DNA of 64,000 nt from an uncultured delta proteobacterium (GTDB lineage Bacteria; Myxococcota; Myxococcia; Myxococcales; Anaeromyxobacteraceae): positions 352,001 to 416,000 of the forward strand of contig CAVYBH010000012.1 in the NCBI GenBank assembly GCA_963766715.1, written 5' to 3'. The translations under genes were made by a program, and so were the position numbers. Below the pieces are notes generated by a model. That model saw nothing but the letters and a program-made list of their open reading frames with translations. It did no database searches and was not told the DNA's origin. Below, in pieces: positions 51,434 through 60,576 of the stretch (position 1 is the first letter of the stretch; each line of letters starts with the position of its first letter).

Positions 51434-52474
51434 ATGAAGAGGTTCTTGCTGGCGCTCGTGGTCGCTCTCGTGGCCACCGCGGGGCGCGCAGAGATCCCTG
51501 CCGAGCAGGACAGCTGCCTGGGCTGCCACGGCAGCGACCCGTCCATGTCGATGGACCTGCCGAGCGGCGAGAAGCTCCCGCTCTACGTGGACCAGGCGCA
51601 CTTCGGCAAGTCCGTGCACGGCGACATGCTTCGCTGCACCGACTGCCACACCGACAAGGGCGACTACCCGCACGAGTCGAAGCCCTTCAAGACCCGCCGC
51701 GACGTCACGGTGGCCTATTACGAGCAGTGCAAGAAGTGCCACTTCTCGAACTACACGAAGACGCTCGACGGCGTTCACTACCAGCTCGCGCAGAAGGGCA
51801 ATCGCCAGGCCGCGCTCTGCGTCGACTGCCACGGGTCGCACGGCATCGGCCGGCCGGGCGAGCCCCGCACGCGGGTCTCCGAGACCTGCTCGACCTGCCA
51901 CAAGGAAGTGTTCGAGGTCTACAAGGGCAGCGTGCACGGCAAGGCCGTCACCCAGGGCAACGGCGACGTCCCGGTCTGCACCGACTGCCACCGCGCGCAC
52001 GACGTGGCCGACCCGCGGGCCGGCGCGCTGTCGCTGCGCACCGCCGAGATCTGCGGCCGCTGCCACACCGACCAGAAGCTCATGAAGCGCTACGGGCTCT
52101 CCACCAACGTGGTCGACAGCTACCTCTCCGACTTCCACGGCATGGCGGCGTCCCTGCAGAAGGGCAAGAAGGGCAAGGGCGATCGCCTCGCGGCAGGCTG
52201 CACCGACTGCCACGGGGTGCACGACATCCAGCGCCCCAACGACCCGCGCTCGTCGGTCATGCAGGCGAACCTCGTGAAGACCTGCGGCAAGTGCCACGTG
52301 GGCGCCACCGCCGACTTCCCCAAGGCCTGGATGTCCCACTACGAGCCCAGCCTGAAGAAGTCGCCGCTCGTGTGGAGCGTCCAGCTCTTCTATTACATCC
52401 TCATCCCGTTCATCCTCGTCAGCCTCGCCATCCAGATCGCGCTGCACCTCTGGCGCGTCGTGGTGAACCGATGA
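51434..52474 (+). CDS. Nonaheme cytochrome c with C-terminal membrane anchor
   Basis: Signal peptide MKRFLLAL..; CLGCH, CTDCH, CKKCH, CVDCH, CSTCH, CTDCH, CGRCH, CTDCH, CGKCH. Confidence 0.92.
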   Translation: MKRFLLALVVALVATAGRAEIPAEQDSCLGCHGSDPSMSMDLPSGEKLPLYVDQAHFGKSVHGDMLRCTDCHTDKGDYPHESKPFKTRRDVTVAYYEQCKKCHFSNYTKTLDGVHYQLAQKGNRQAALCVDCHGSHGIGRPGEPRTRVSETCSTCHKEVFEVYKGSVHGKAVTQGNGDVPVCTDCHRAHDVADPRAGALSLRTAEICGRCHTDQKLMKRYGLSTNVVDSYLSDFHGMAASLQKGKKGKGDRLAAGCTDCHGVHDIQRPNDPRSSVMQANLVKTCGKCHVGATADFPKAWMSHYEPSLKKSPLVWSVQLFYYILIPFILVSLAIQIALHLWRVVVNR

Positions 52475-53233
52475 GCGGCGACTCGGCAGGGGTGGGAGAA
52501 TCCGGCGTGAGGAGCGCGACGATGAGCGACGAGGCGGTGAAGGAGCGGGCGTCCTACCTGATGCGCTTCACGGCGGCGCAGCGCGTGGAGCACTTCATCA
52601 CCATGATCGACTTCGTGGGGCTCGTGGCCACCGGCCTGCCCCAGAAGTTCTACACGGCCAAGTGGGCGCAGTGGGTCATCGGCCTGATGGGCGGGATCGA
52701 CAGCGTCCGGTGGGTCCACCGCTTCTTCGGCGTGGTCCTCATCTTCGCGGTCGTCTGGCACGGCATCGGGGCCCTGCGGGCCATCCTCTCCCGCAAGGTC
52801 GGCTTCAGCATGGCCGTGAACAAGCGCGACTTCAGCGACGCGGTCCAGACGCTCCGCTACTACCTGGGCCTCGAGGATCACCCGGCCGCCTTCGACCGCT
52901 ACGACTACAAGCAGAAGTGGGAGTACTGGAGCCTCATGATCGGCAACGTGATCGATGATCCTCTCCGGTCTCACGCTGATGTACCCGACCATCGTGGCCC
53001 GCCTGGGGCCGGGCGAGATCATCCCGGCCGCCAAGGTCGCGCACTCGAACGAGGGGCTGATGGCCTTCCTCGTCATCACGGTCTGGCACGTCTTCAACGC
53101 CCACCTGCACCCGGACGTCTTCCCGTTCGACGCGTCGATCTTCACCGGGAAGATCAGCCGCGAGCGCATGGAGCACGAGCACCCGCTCGAGCTGGCGCGC
53201 GCCGAGGGACGGGAGCCCTCCGGCCACCACTAG
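52471..53233 (+). CDS. Di-heme cytochrome b (FdnI/HydC-like) membrane subunit (frameshift near 52954)
   Basis: RFTAAQRVEH, TGLPQ, HRFFG, YKQKWEYW, AHSNEG, WHVFNAH, MEHEHPLE. Confidence 0.88.
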
Positions 53234-53245
53234 GCCGGGCCGCGC

Positions 53246-54238
53246 ATGACCGGCCAGAGGTGGATGGACTTCGCCGGCCAGGCGATCTTCCACACGCTGG
53301 TCGCGGCGCTGGTGATCGAGGCGCTGGTGCGCCTGTGGGGCGTCCGGGAGCCGCTGCAGCGGACCGGCTTCCGCCTGCTCGCGCTGGCCTGGCCGCTGAT
53401 CGTGGTCCCGGCGCTCTTCCTCCTCTTCCCCGGCCGGGAGGGCGAGGCCTTCCGGGACGCCCGGTCCCTCTTCGCGGGGCACCACTGGAACGACCTGTCG
53501 TTCCTGGGCATCGGCCTCTACGCCTGGTGGATCGCGGGGATGGCGGCGATGGGGCTCGCCCTCTTCCTCCTCGACCTCGTCCCCTGGCTCCGGGCGCGCA
53601 GCGCGGAGCCGCCTCCCTGGCTGGCGCGGAGCGCGGAGGGCGAGCGGGCCCTCGAGGCGCTCGCGCGCGCCGCCGCCTCCCTGGGCATGGAGGCGCCGCC
53701 GCTCGTCTTCGTTCCCGATGGGCCGCCGGTGCTCTACTGCACCGGGACGCGCCGCCCGTCGGTGGTCATCTCCCGCGGGGCGGTCGACCTGCTCGACCCC
53801 GCCGAGCTGACCTGCGCGCTGGCCCACGAGCTGGCCCACCTGGAGCGCCGGGACCCGGCGCTCTCCTGGGCGCTCATGGGGGCTCGCGCGCTCATGTGGT
53901 TCAACCCCGGCGTGCAGGTCCTCGTCCGGGCGCTGGCCCGCGACGCCGAGCGGGTGGCCGACGAGCGCGCCGCCGCTGCGAGCGGGGACCGGCTGGCGCT
54001 GGCGAGCGGCCTGCTCCAGCTCTACCGGGCCACGGAGGGGCGCATCCCGTCCCGCGCGGCCGAGCCCTTTCCGCTCTCGGCCTCGCTCGCCGAGCCCATC
54101 GCCCGGGCCCGGGCCCACGACATCGAGCAGCGCTGCAGGGCCCTCCTCATCCCCCCGCCCGAGCCGGTGCGCCTGGCGGGCCTGCGGTTCGCCGCCGCGG
54201 CGGGCGGCCTCGGCCTGCTGCTGTTCTTCGTGGTATGA
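53246..54238 (+). CDS. BlaR1/M56-like membrane Zn metallopeptidase
   Basis: TM helices, LAHELAHLERRD, WFNP, ERVAD. Confidence 0.85.
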   Translation: MTGQRWMDFAGQAIFHTLVAALVIEALVRLWGVREPLQRTGFRLLALAWPLIVVPALFLLFPGREGEAFRDARSLFAGHHWNDLSFLGIGLYAWWIAGMAAMGLALFLLDLVPWLRARSAEPPPWLARSAEGERALEALARAAASLGMEAPPLVFVPDGPPVLYCTGTRRPSVVISRGAVDLLDPAELTCALAHELAHLERRDPALSWALMGARALMWFNPGVQVLVRALARDAERVADERAAAASGDRLALASGLLQLYRATEGRIPSRAAEPFPLSASLAEPIARARAHDIEQRCRALLIPPPEPVRLAGLRFAAAAGGLGLLLFFVV

Positions 54239-54807
54239 CGGCCGCCGGGGCCGCGGCCATGGGAAGCACGGTGAGCGAGGGCGCACGCGCGCTCTGGACC
54301 TTGACCCTCGTCCTGGGGGGAGCAGCGCTCGCCCTCGCGACGCTCGACTCCGTGCCGACCTGGCTCCACGGCGAGCCGCGCGGCGTCCGGCGCGCCGCGA
54401 GCGTCGAGGACGCCGAGCGCCGCCTGCAGGCCAAGGTGCTCCTGCCCTCGTATTTCCCCGACACCTTCCGCTGGCCGCCGTCGGTGGTGCGCTTCACCCG
54501 CGACGAGGGCGGGGCGGTGGGGCTCTCCTTCCTCGGCACGGACGGCGCTCCCGCGCTCTTCCTGGCGCAGACCGCAGGCCCGGGAGGCACGCTCCCGCCG
54601 GCGCTGCTCGGCCGGCTCGCGGTGATCCAGCAGCAGAGCGCCCCGCTCGGCGACGGCGCCCAGCTGGCCCGCGTGGTCGCGGAGGACGGGACGCTCTGGA
54701 ACCAGCTGGAGTGGAACGCCGCGGGCCGTCGCTTCCTCCTGCGCGGGCGGGGTTCGCTCGAGGACCTGATCCGCATGGCGCGCAGCGTTCACGGAGGGGC
54801 GAGATGA
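54235..54807 (+). CDS. Hypothetical single-pass membrane protein
   Basis: ATGA overlaps on both sides; N-terminal TM, LLPSYFP motif, LEDLIRMARS tail. Confidence 0.7.
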   Translation: MTAAGAAAMGSTVSEGARALWTLTLVLGGAALALATLDSVPTWLHGEPRGVRRAASVEDAERRLQAKVLLPSYFPDTFRWPPSVVRFTRDEGGAVGLSFLGTDGAPALFLAQTAGPGGTLPPALLGRLAVIQQQSAPLGDGAQLARVVAEDGTLWNQLEWNAAGRRFLLRGRGSLEDLIRMARSVHGGAR

Positions 54808-56657
54808 ACGAGGGTTCACTCCGGGAGCGCCTGCGCGGATCGCTGCAGACGCGGGTCTACCTGCTGCTCGTCTTCTCCGCGGTCCTCCCGGTGGCCCTGC
54901 TCTCGTGGGCCTTCAGCGCGCGGGTCGCGCAGCTCGACCAGCAGCTCGTCGCCGCGCGGCAGTGGTCGGCGCGAACCGTGGCCGGACAGGTCGAGGAGGA
55001 GCTGAACCAGGGATTCGAGGTCCTGCAGCGGGCGGCCACGGCCGCCCACGTGAACCTCGACGACCCGGAGGTCGGGCCGGAGCGGGAGGCGCTTCGCGAT
55101 CCGCGGGTCCACCTCCAGTACCCGGGAGGCGCCTTCTTCCTCGACACGCGAGGGAAGGTGGTGGCCGAGGAGCCGGAGCGCGGGTCGCGATCCATCGCGC
55201 CCGCGCCCGACCTGCCCGAGGTGCGCAGCGCGATCGAGACCGGTCGCCCGGTGGTGACCCCCTTCGTCCGGGGCCTCTCCGGCGAGCACGTCTACGCGCT
55301 CGTGCCGGTCCGCAACTGGGAGGGGAAGATCACCGGCATCGTCGGCGGGGTGATCGACACGAGCCAGCACCACCTGCTCGTGATGCTCCGCTACCTTCGC
55401 CAGAGCTCCGGGGGCTCCGCGGAGATCGTCGACCGCGGCGCGCGGGTGGTGGCCACGACCGATCCCGGGCGCCCGGCCACCTCGACCGCCTGCACCGGCA
55501 TCCGGAAGCGAGATCGCCGAGGGGAAGGGGCGGCTCGCGGATGTGCCGCGACTGCCACGCCGGACGGGCGGAGGACGCCAAGGGCCGCTCGGTGGTCACC
55601 ACGGCCTCGATCGCCAATGCGCCCTGGATGATCCTGGCCCGCGTGCCGGCGACCGAGGTCCTGGGGGCGTCGGGGGCCTTCCCCACCTGGCTGGCCGGGA
55701 TCATCCTGGCCGCCCTGGGCGCCGGCGCGCTGCTCGCCTGGGGAGCCGCCCGCAGCATCGCCAAGCCGGTGGTGGCCCTGACCGGGGCGGCCGAGAACAT
55801 CGCGGCCGGCGACCTCTCCGGCGCCCATCCCGCAGACCGGGGAGGACGAGGTGGGGCGCCTGGCCATGGCGCTCGAGAAGATGCGGGAGTCGCTCGCCTC
55901 CCTCATCGGGGCCGTGGCCCACGGCCAACGCGGAGCTGGAGCAGCGGGTGGTCGAGCGGACGGCGCAGCTGGCCGACGCGAACGAGCAGCTCCGGGACCG
56001 GGAGGCCGCGCTCGGCCGGCTCTACGAGAAGGTGGTGTCGGCGCAGGAGGACGAGCGCAAGCGCATCGCGCGGGAGCTGCACGACGACACCAGCCAGAGC
56101 CTGGCGGTGCTGGTGATGGCGCTCGACGGCGCCCTGACCGCCCTCAAGGCCGGGCTTCCCCCCGCCTGGAGGAGGCGAAGGCGCTCGCGGTCCGGACCAT
56201 CGAGGAGGTCCACCGCATGATCCTCGACCTCCGCCCGTCGGTGCTCGACGACCTGGGCCTCCAGTCGGCCGTCCGCTGGTACGCCGAGCGGCACCTGGTG
56301 TCCCGGGGGCTCTCGGTGCGGTGCGAGTTCGAGTCCGAGGACCGGCGCTTCCCGGCCGCCTTCGAGACCGCGCTCTTCCGCATCTGCCAGGAGGCCATGA
56401 GCAACATCGCCCGGCACGCCCAGGCCGAGTCCGTGCTCATCCAGATGGGCGAGTCGGATGGTGTGATCCGCATCGAGATCGAGGATGATGGCCGCGGCTT
56501 CGACCCCGGGAACGTCTCGCACGCCGAGCGGCGCCATTTCGGGCTCATGGGGATCGAGGAACGGGTGGAGATCCTGGGCGGCAAGGTCCGCATCATCTCC
56601 GCACCGGGGCAGGGGACCCGGATCGAGCTCGAAGTCCCGCTCCCCAAGGAAGGGTAG
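54804..56657 (+). CDS. NarX/UhpB-type sensor histidine kinase with Cache domain, CxxCH and HAMP (about 4 frameshifts)
   Basis: Cache-like periplasmic region, MCRDCH before TM2, QEDERKRIARELHD, NIARHA, DDGRGF, HFGLMGI. Confidence 0.85.
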
Positions 56658-56660
56658 GCG

Positions 56661-57314
56661 ATGTCGAAGATCCGCGTGCTCCTGGCCGACGACCACGCCA
56701 TCCTCCGGGAAGGGGTCCGGGCGCTGCTCGCCCTCTCCGACGACATCGAGGTCGTGGGCGAGGCGGTGGACGGCCAGCGCGCCGTCGAGGCCACCCGGCA
56801 GCTCGATCCGGACGTGGTCGTCATGGACATCGCCATGCCGGGGCTCGGCGGGCTCGAGGCCACGCTCGAGATCAAGAAGGCGGGGCTGCGCTCCAAGATC
56901 CTCATCCTCTCCCAGTACGAGGACCGGGAGTACGTGCGGCGCCTGCTCAAGGCGGGCGTGTCCGGCTACCTCCTGAAGAAGTCGGCGGGCGCCGAGCTCG
57001 CGAACGCCATCCGGGCCGTCCACCGCGGCGGCCTGGTCCTCGACCCCGAGGTGGCCCGGACCGCGATGGAGGACTCCGGGCCGGCGTCGCCCGGCGGCGC
57101 GGATCCCTACGAGACGCTCACCGACCGGGAGAAGCAGGTGCTGAAGCTGGTCGCGGAAGGGCTCGCCAACAAGGAAGTGGCCGAGGTGCTGGGCATCAGC
57201 GTCAAGACCGCCATGTCCCATCGCGAGAAGGTGATGGAGAAGCTCGGCCTGCACAACCGGACCGAGCTCGTGCGCTTTGCGCTGCGGCGCGGCGTGATTC
57301 GCGTCGATCCTTGA
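56661..57314 (+). CDS. NarL/LuxR-family response regulator
   Basis: [28 protein letters not shown]. Confidence 0.95.
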   Translation: MSKIRVLLADDHAILREGVRALLALSDDIEVVGEAVDGQRAVEATRQLDPDVVVMDIAMPGLGGLEATLEIKKAGLRSKILILSQYEDREYVRRLLKAGVSGYLLKKSAGAELANAIRAVHRGGLVLDPEVARTAMEDSGPASPGGADPYETLTDREKQVLKLVAEGLANKEVAEVLGISVKTAMSHREKVMEKLGLHNRTELVRFALRRGVIRVDP

Positions 57315-57447
57315 CGTTGGGCCATATCCCCCGTTTCCCGATGGACTGCGCGGGATCCCCCACCCACCCGGTGGAGGGAGGCGCCGCGATCGTCGAAACA
57401 CGGCCCATTTCGTCGGGTCCGCGCGCTCCCGGCGCCCGGACCGATTC

Positions 57448-59020
57448 TTGCTGCTGGAGCGGCTCGCCGTGATCCATGGGGATCGGGATCGTTCACGGCC
57501 CGAGGGCGGGGAGAGATTGCGGGTTCTGTTCACGAGTGCGCCGGAACCGAGCTGTGCGGCCGAGTCCGCGGGGGCCTGGCTCCCGCTCGCGCTCGTCCAC
57601 CTGGCCGGTGCGGTCCGGGCCGCCGGGCACGAGGCCGAGCTCGTCGACGCGCTCTCCCTGGGGCTGACCGCTGCCGACCTGGGCCGCATCATCCAGGCCA
57701 GCGCGCCCGACGTGGTCTGCGTCTCGTCGGCGACCGCCGGCTTCCCGGCCGCCCTGGATACCTGCCGGCGCGCCCGCGGGCTCGGCTGCACCACCGTGGT
57801 CGGCGGCATTCACGCCTCGTTCATGTATTCCGAGTTCCTGCCCACCGGTTCCGTGGACTTCGCCGTCGTCGGGGAGGGGGAGGAGACGCTTCCGGAGCTC
57901 CTGGCCTGCCTCGAGGCAGGCGACGACCCGGCGCGGGTGGCCGGGATCGCCTTCTCCCTGGGCGGGCGGGTCGTCCGGACCGCGCCGCGCCCCCGGATGT
58001 CGGTGCTCGACCCGATGCCCAAGGCCTGGGACCTCCTCGACTGGTCCCAGTACACGTGGGCGGGCCGGCCTGGCTCCCGCATGGGCGCCATCACCACGTC
58101 CCGCGGATGCCCGCGGAGCTGTGCGAGCTGCTCCCAGGCGACGCAGTTCGAGGGAACCTGGCGCTCCCGGACCCCGGGGTGCGTGGCCTACGAGCTGGCC
58201 GGCCTTCGCCGCGACCACGGCGTGGACGTGGTCGGCTTCTTCGACCACGCCCCCACCGCCGACGCCGGCCGGTTCGCCGAGCTGATCACCCGGGTGACCG
58301 AGGCGGAGCTCGGGCTCGACCTGGTGCTCTGGTCGAGCGTCCAGGACGTCCTCCGGGACGAGGCCGCGCTCGCTCGCTGGCGCGCGGCCGGGGTGGTCCA
58401 CGTCGGGACTCTGCCGCGATCCGTCCGAGGATCGGCTCGACGGACTGGAGGCGGACCGGTCGCTCGTCGCCGGAAGGCGCGCGGTGAAGGCGCTGCGGGA
58501 CCACGGCATCACCTCCGAGACGTCCTACTGGATGGGGTTTCCCGACGAGACGTCCCGCCGGGTCGAGGAGTTGCTGGAGCGGGCCCGGGCCTGGGACCCG
58601 GACGTCGCCCACTTCTCCCTGCTCGCGCCGCTTCCGTACACGCCGGCCTGGCGGGTTCACGGCACGCACGTGGCGACCCGGGACTACCGGCGCTTCAACC
58701 ACCGCGACCCGGTGGTGAAGCCGCGGGAGATGTCGCTCGACGAGGTCGGCCTCGAGGCGGCGCGCTGCTACCGCCGGTTCTACGCGGAGCGCGCCCGCCG
58801 GGAGTCGGTGCGCGACGGGCGGCAATCCGGCCCGTGGCACGTGCACCTCGGAGCCCCGGCGCTCCGGGCCCGGATCCTGGCAGGTGCGACGGACGAGGAG
58901 TTGCGCGCGCTCGCCCCCGTGGCTGCGATTCCCCCGGGCCTGAGGGCCGGCCGCATCCCTTTCGCGGGGGGGCCCGGCCGGGGCGCTTCGGGCGCAACCG
59001 CTGCGCGAGGCACGGAATAG
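57448..59020 (+). CDS. Cobalamin-binding radical SAM protein, BchE-like but divergent (frameshift near 58410; start uncertain)
   Basis: [51 protein letters not shown]. Confidence 0.75.
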
Positions 59021-59022
59021 AA

Positions 59023-59039
59023 ACTGTAGTAAATACAGT
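59023..59039. promoter_or_regulatory. AT-rich palindromic operator-like site
   Basis: ACTGTA-GTAAA-TACAGT perfect 6-5-6 inverted repeat 10 bp upstream of the -24 element. Confidence 0.6.
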
Positions 59040-59048
59040 ATGTTGTGT

Positions 59049-59064
59049 AGGCACGCGCATTGCT
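59049..59064 (+). promoter_or_regulatory. Sigma54 promoter of hemA
   Basis: AGGCACGCGCATTGCT, near-consensus GGCAC-N5-TTGCT. Confidence 0.8.
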
Positions 59065-59088
59065 AAGGTCACGGAGCCGGAGGGGTCG

Positions 59089-60363
59089 ATGCTCGTCGCC
59101 ATCGGGGTGGACAGGAAAAGGGCTTCGGTTGCTTCGCGGGAGAGGCTCGCCGCCGGCGGCGACGACCTCGCCGACGTCATCCGGTCGTACGGCGCGCTCG
59201 ACGGCGTCGACGAGGCGTTCGTGCTCTCCACCTGCTACCGGGTCGAGGTCTACGCCGCGTCGTCCTGCCCTGCCGCCGCCGCCGCCAGCCTCACCGAGGC
59301 GCTCCGGGCCCGCGCCGGCGACGCCGAGCTTCCCGTCTTCGACCTCCGGGGCGAGGAGGCGTTCCGCCACCTCTCGCGCGTGGCCTCCAGCCTCGAGTCC
59401 GGGGTGGTCGGGGAGCCGCAGGTCCTCGGCCAGGTGAAGGAGGCCTTCGGCCGTTCCGCCGAGGCCGGCACCGTCGGCAAGGAGCTCTCGGCCGTCATCG
59501 CGCGCGTCCTCCAGGTCGCGAAGCGGGTCCGGACCGAGACCGCCATCGGCCGGGCCGGCGTCTCGTGGGGACACGCCTCGGCCGATCTCGCCGAGAAGGT
59601 CCTCGGTCCGCTCGAGGGGCGTCGCGCCGTGGTGGTGGGCGCCGGCGAGATGGCGCGCCTCTCGGCCCAGCACCTGCGCGAGGGCGGGATGGAGGTGGCG
59701 GTCGTCAACCGCACCTTCGCCAACGCCGAGGCGCTCGCCCGGGAGATCGGCGGCACCGCGCACCCCATCGAGGCGCTCGCCGAGGAGCTGGTCCGCGCCG
59801 ACGTGGCCGTGGTCGCCGCCCCGGTCGCGCTCGCGGCGCTCGAGCCCTCCGGGGCGCCGGCGCTCATGAAGCGGCGCCGGCACCGGCGCCTGCTCCTCAT
59901 CGACCTCGCCGTCCCTCGCGCCGTTCCTCCCGCGCTCGGCGACGTCGACGGCATCTACGTCTGCGACGTGGACGACCTGGCGCGCATCCAGCGCCAGGCG
60001 CAGGAGGCCCGGGTCGGCGCCATCCAGGACGCCGAGCGGGTCATCGACGAGGAGGTCACCCGCTTCGCCCGCGACCTCGCCGAGCGGCGCGCCGCGCCCC
60101 TCATCGCCGCGGTCCGGACCCGGGCCAGCGCGATCGCCCGGGAGGAGGTCGAGCGCACCGTCCGCCGCCTGGGAGGCGATCCGGAGCTCGAGCGGCGGCT
60201 CGACGCCCTCGCGGGCGCGATCGTCGCGAAGCTCCTTCACCAGCCCAGCGTCTGCCTTCGCCGGGCGGGGCACGACGCCGAGGGGGGCGACGAGCTGATG
60301 GCCGCCGCGGCCCGGATCTTCGACGTCGGCGCCGACGCCGGGCCGGCCTCGCTGGCGGGCTGA
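59089..60363 (+). CDS. hemA: Glutamyl-tRNA reductase
   Basis: [48 protein letters not shown]. Confidence 0.92.
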   Translation: MLVAIGVDRKRASVASRERLAAGGDDLADVIRSYGALDGVDEAFVLSTCYRVEVYAASSCPAAAAASLTEALRARAGDAELPVFDLRGEEAFRHLSRVASSLESGVVGEPQVLGQVKEAFGRSAEAGTVGKELSAVIARVLQVAKRVRTETAIGRAGVSWGHASADLAEKVLGPLEGRRAVVVGAGEMARLSAQHLREGGMEVAVVNRTFANAEALAREIGGTAHPIEALAEELVRADVAVVAAPVALAALEPSGAPALMKRRRHRRLLLIDLAVPRAVPPALGDVDGIYVCDVDDLARIQRQAQEARVGAIQDAERVIDEEVTRFARDLAERRAAPLIAAVRTRASAIAREEVERTVRRLGGDPELERRLDALAGAIVAKLLHQPSVCLRRAGHDAEGGDELMAAAARIFDVGADAGPASLAG

Positions 60364-60438
60364 GGCCCGGGCAGGGACGCCGCGCGCGGCAAACCTTGCG
60401 TTCCGGCCAGCAAGGGCGCAGAACGAGCGAGAAACGAC

Positions 60439-60462
60439 CCCTCCGAGAGGCCTCTCGGAGGG
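60439..60462. repeat. Perfect 24-bp palindrome between hemA and the next kinase
   Basis: CCCTCCGAGAGG|CCTCTCGGAGGG. Confidence 0.8.
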
Positions 60463-60527
60463 TCTCCTTGACCCGGCCGTCCGAAAAGTCACCCTTTTAC
60501 CGGTGACTTGGCGCCAGGTGGGTGATA

Positions 60528-60542
60528 TGGCGCGCTCCTTGC
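60528..60542 (+). promoter_or_regulatory. Sigma54 promoter candidate for the third two-component system
   Basis: TGGCGCGCTCCTTGC (GG-N10-GC) 35 bp before ATG 60577; AAGTCACC-N8-GGTGACTT inverted repeat at 60486-60509. Confidence 0.6.
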
Positions 60543-60576
60543 GAAACGACCCACCCGGCAGGACCGGGACCGGCCC

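Noticed and set aside
59023..59039. LexA SOS box
   Set aside because: Spacing is CTGT-N7-ACAG rather than N8, and the downstream gene is not a repair gene
57448..60363. 971-aa radical SAM-HemA fusion
   Set aside because: Artefact of the frameshift near 58410; the radical SAM ends at 59020 and hemA has its own promoter, RBS and ATG at 59089
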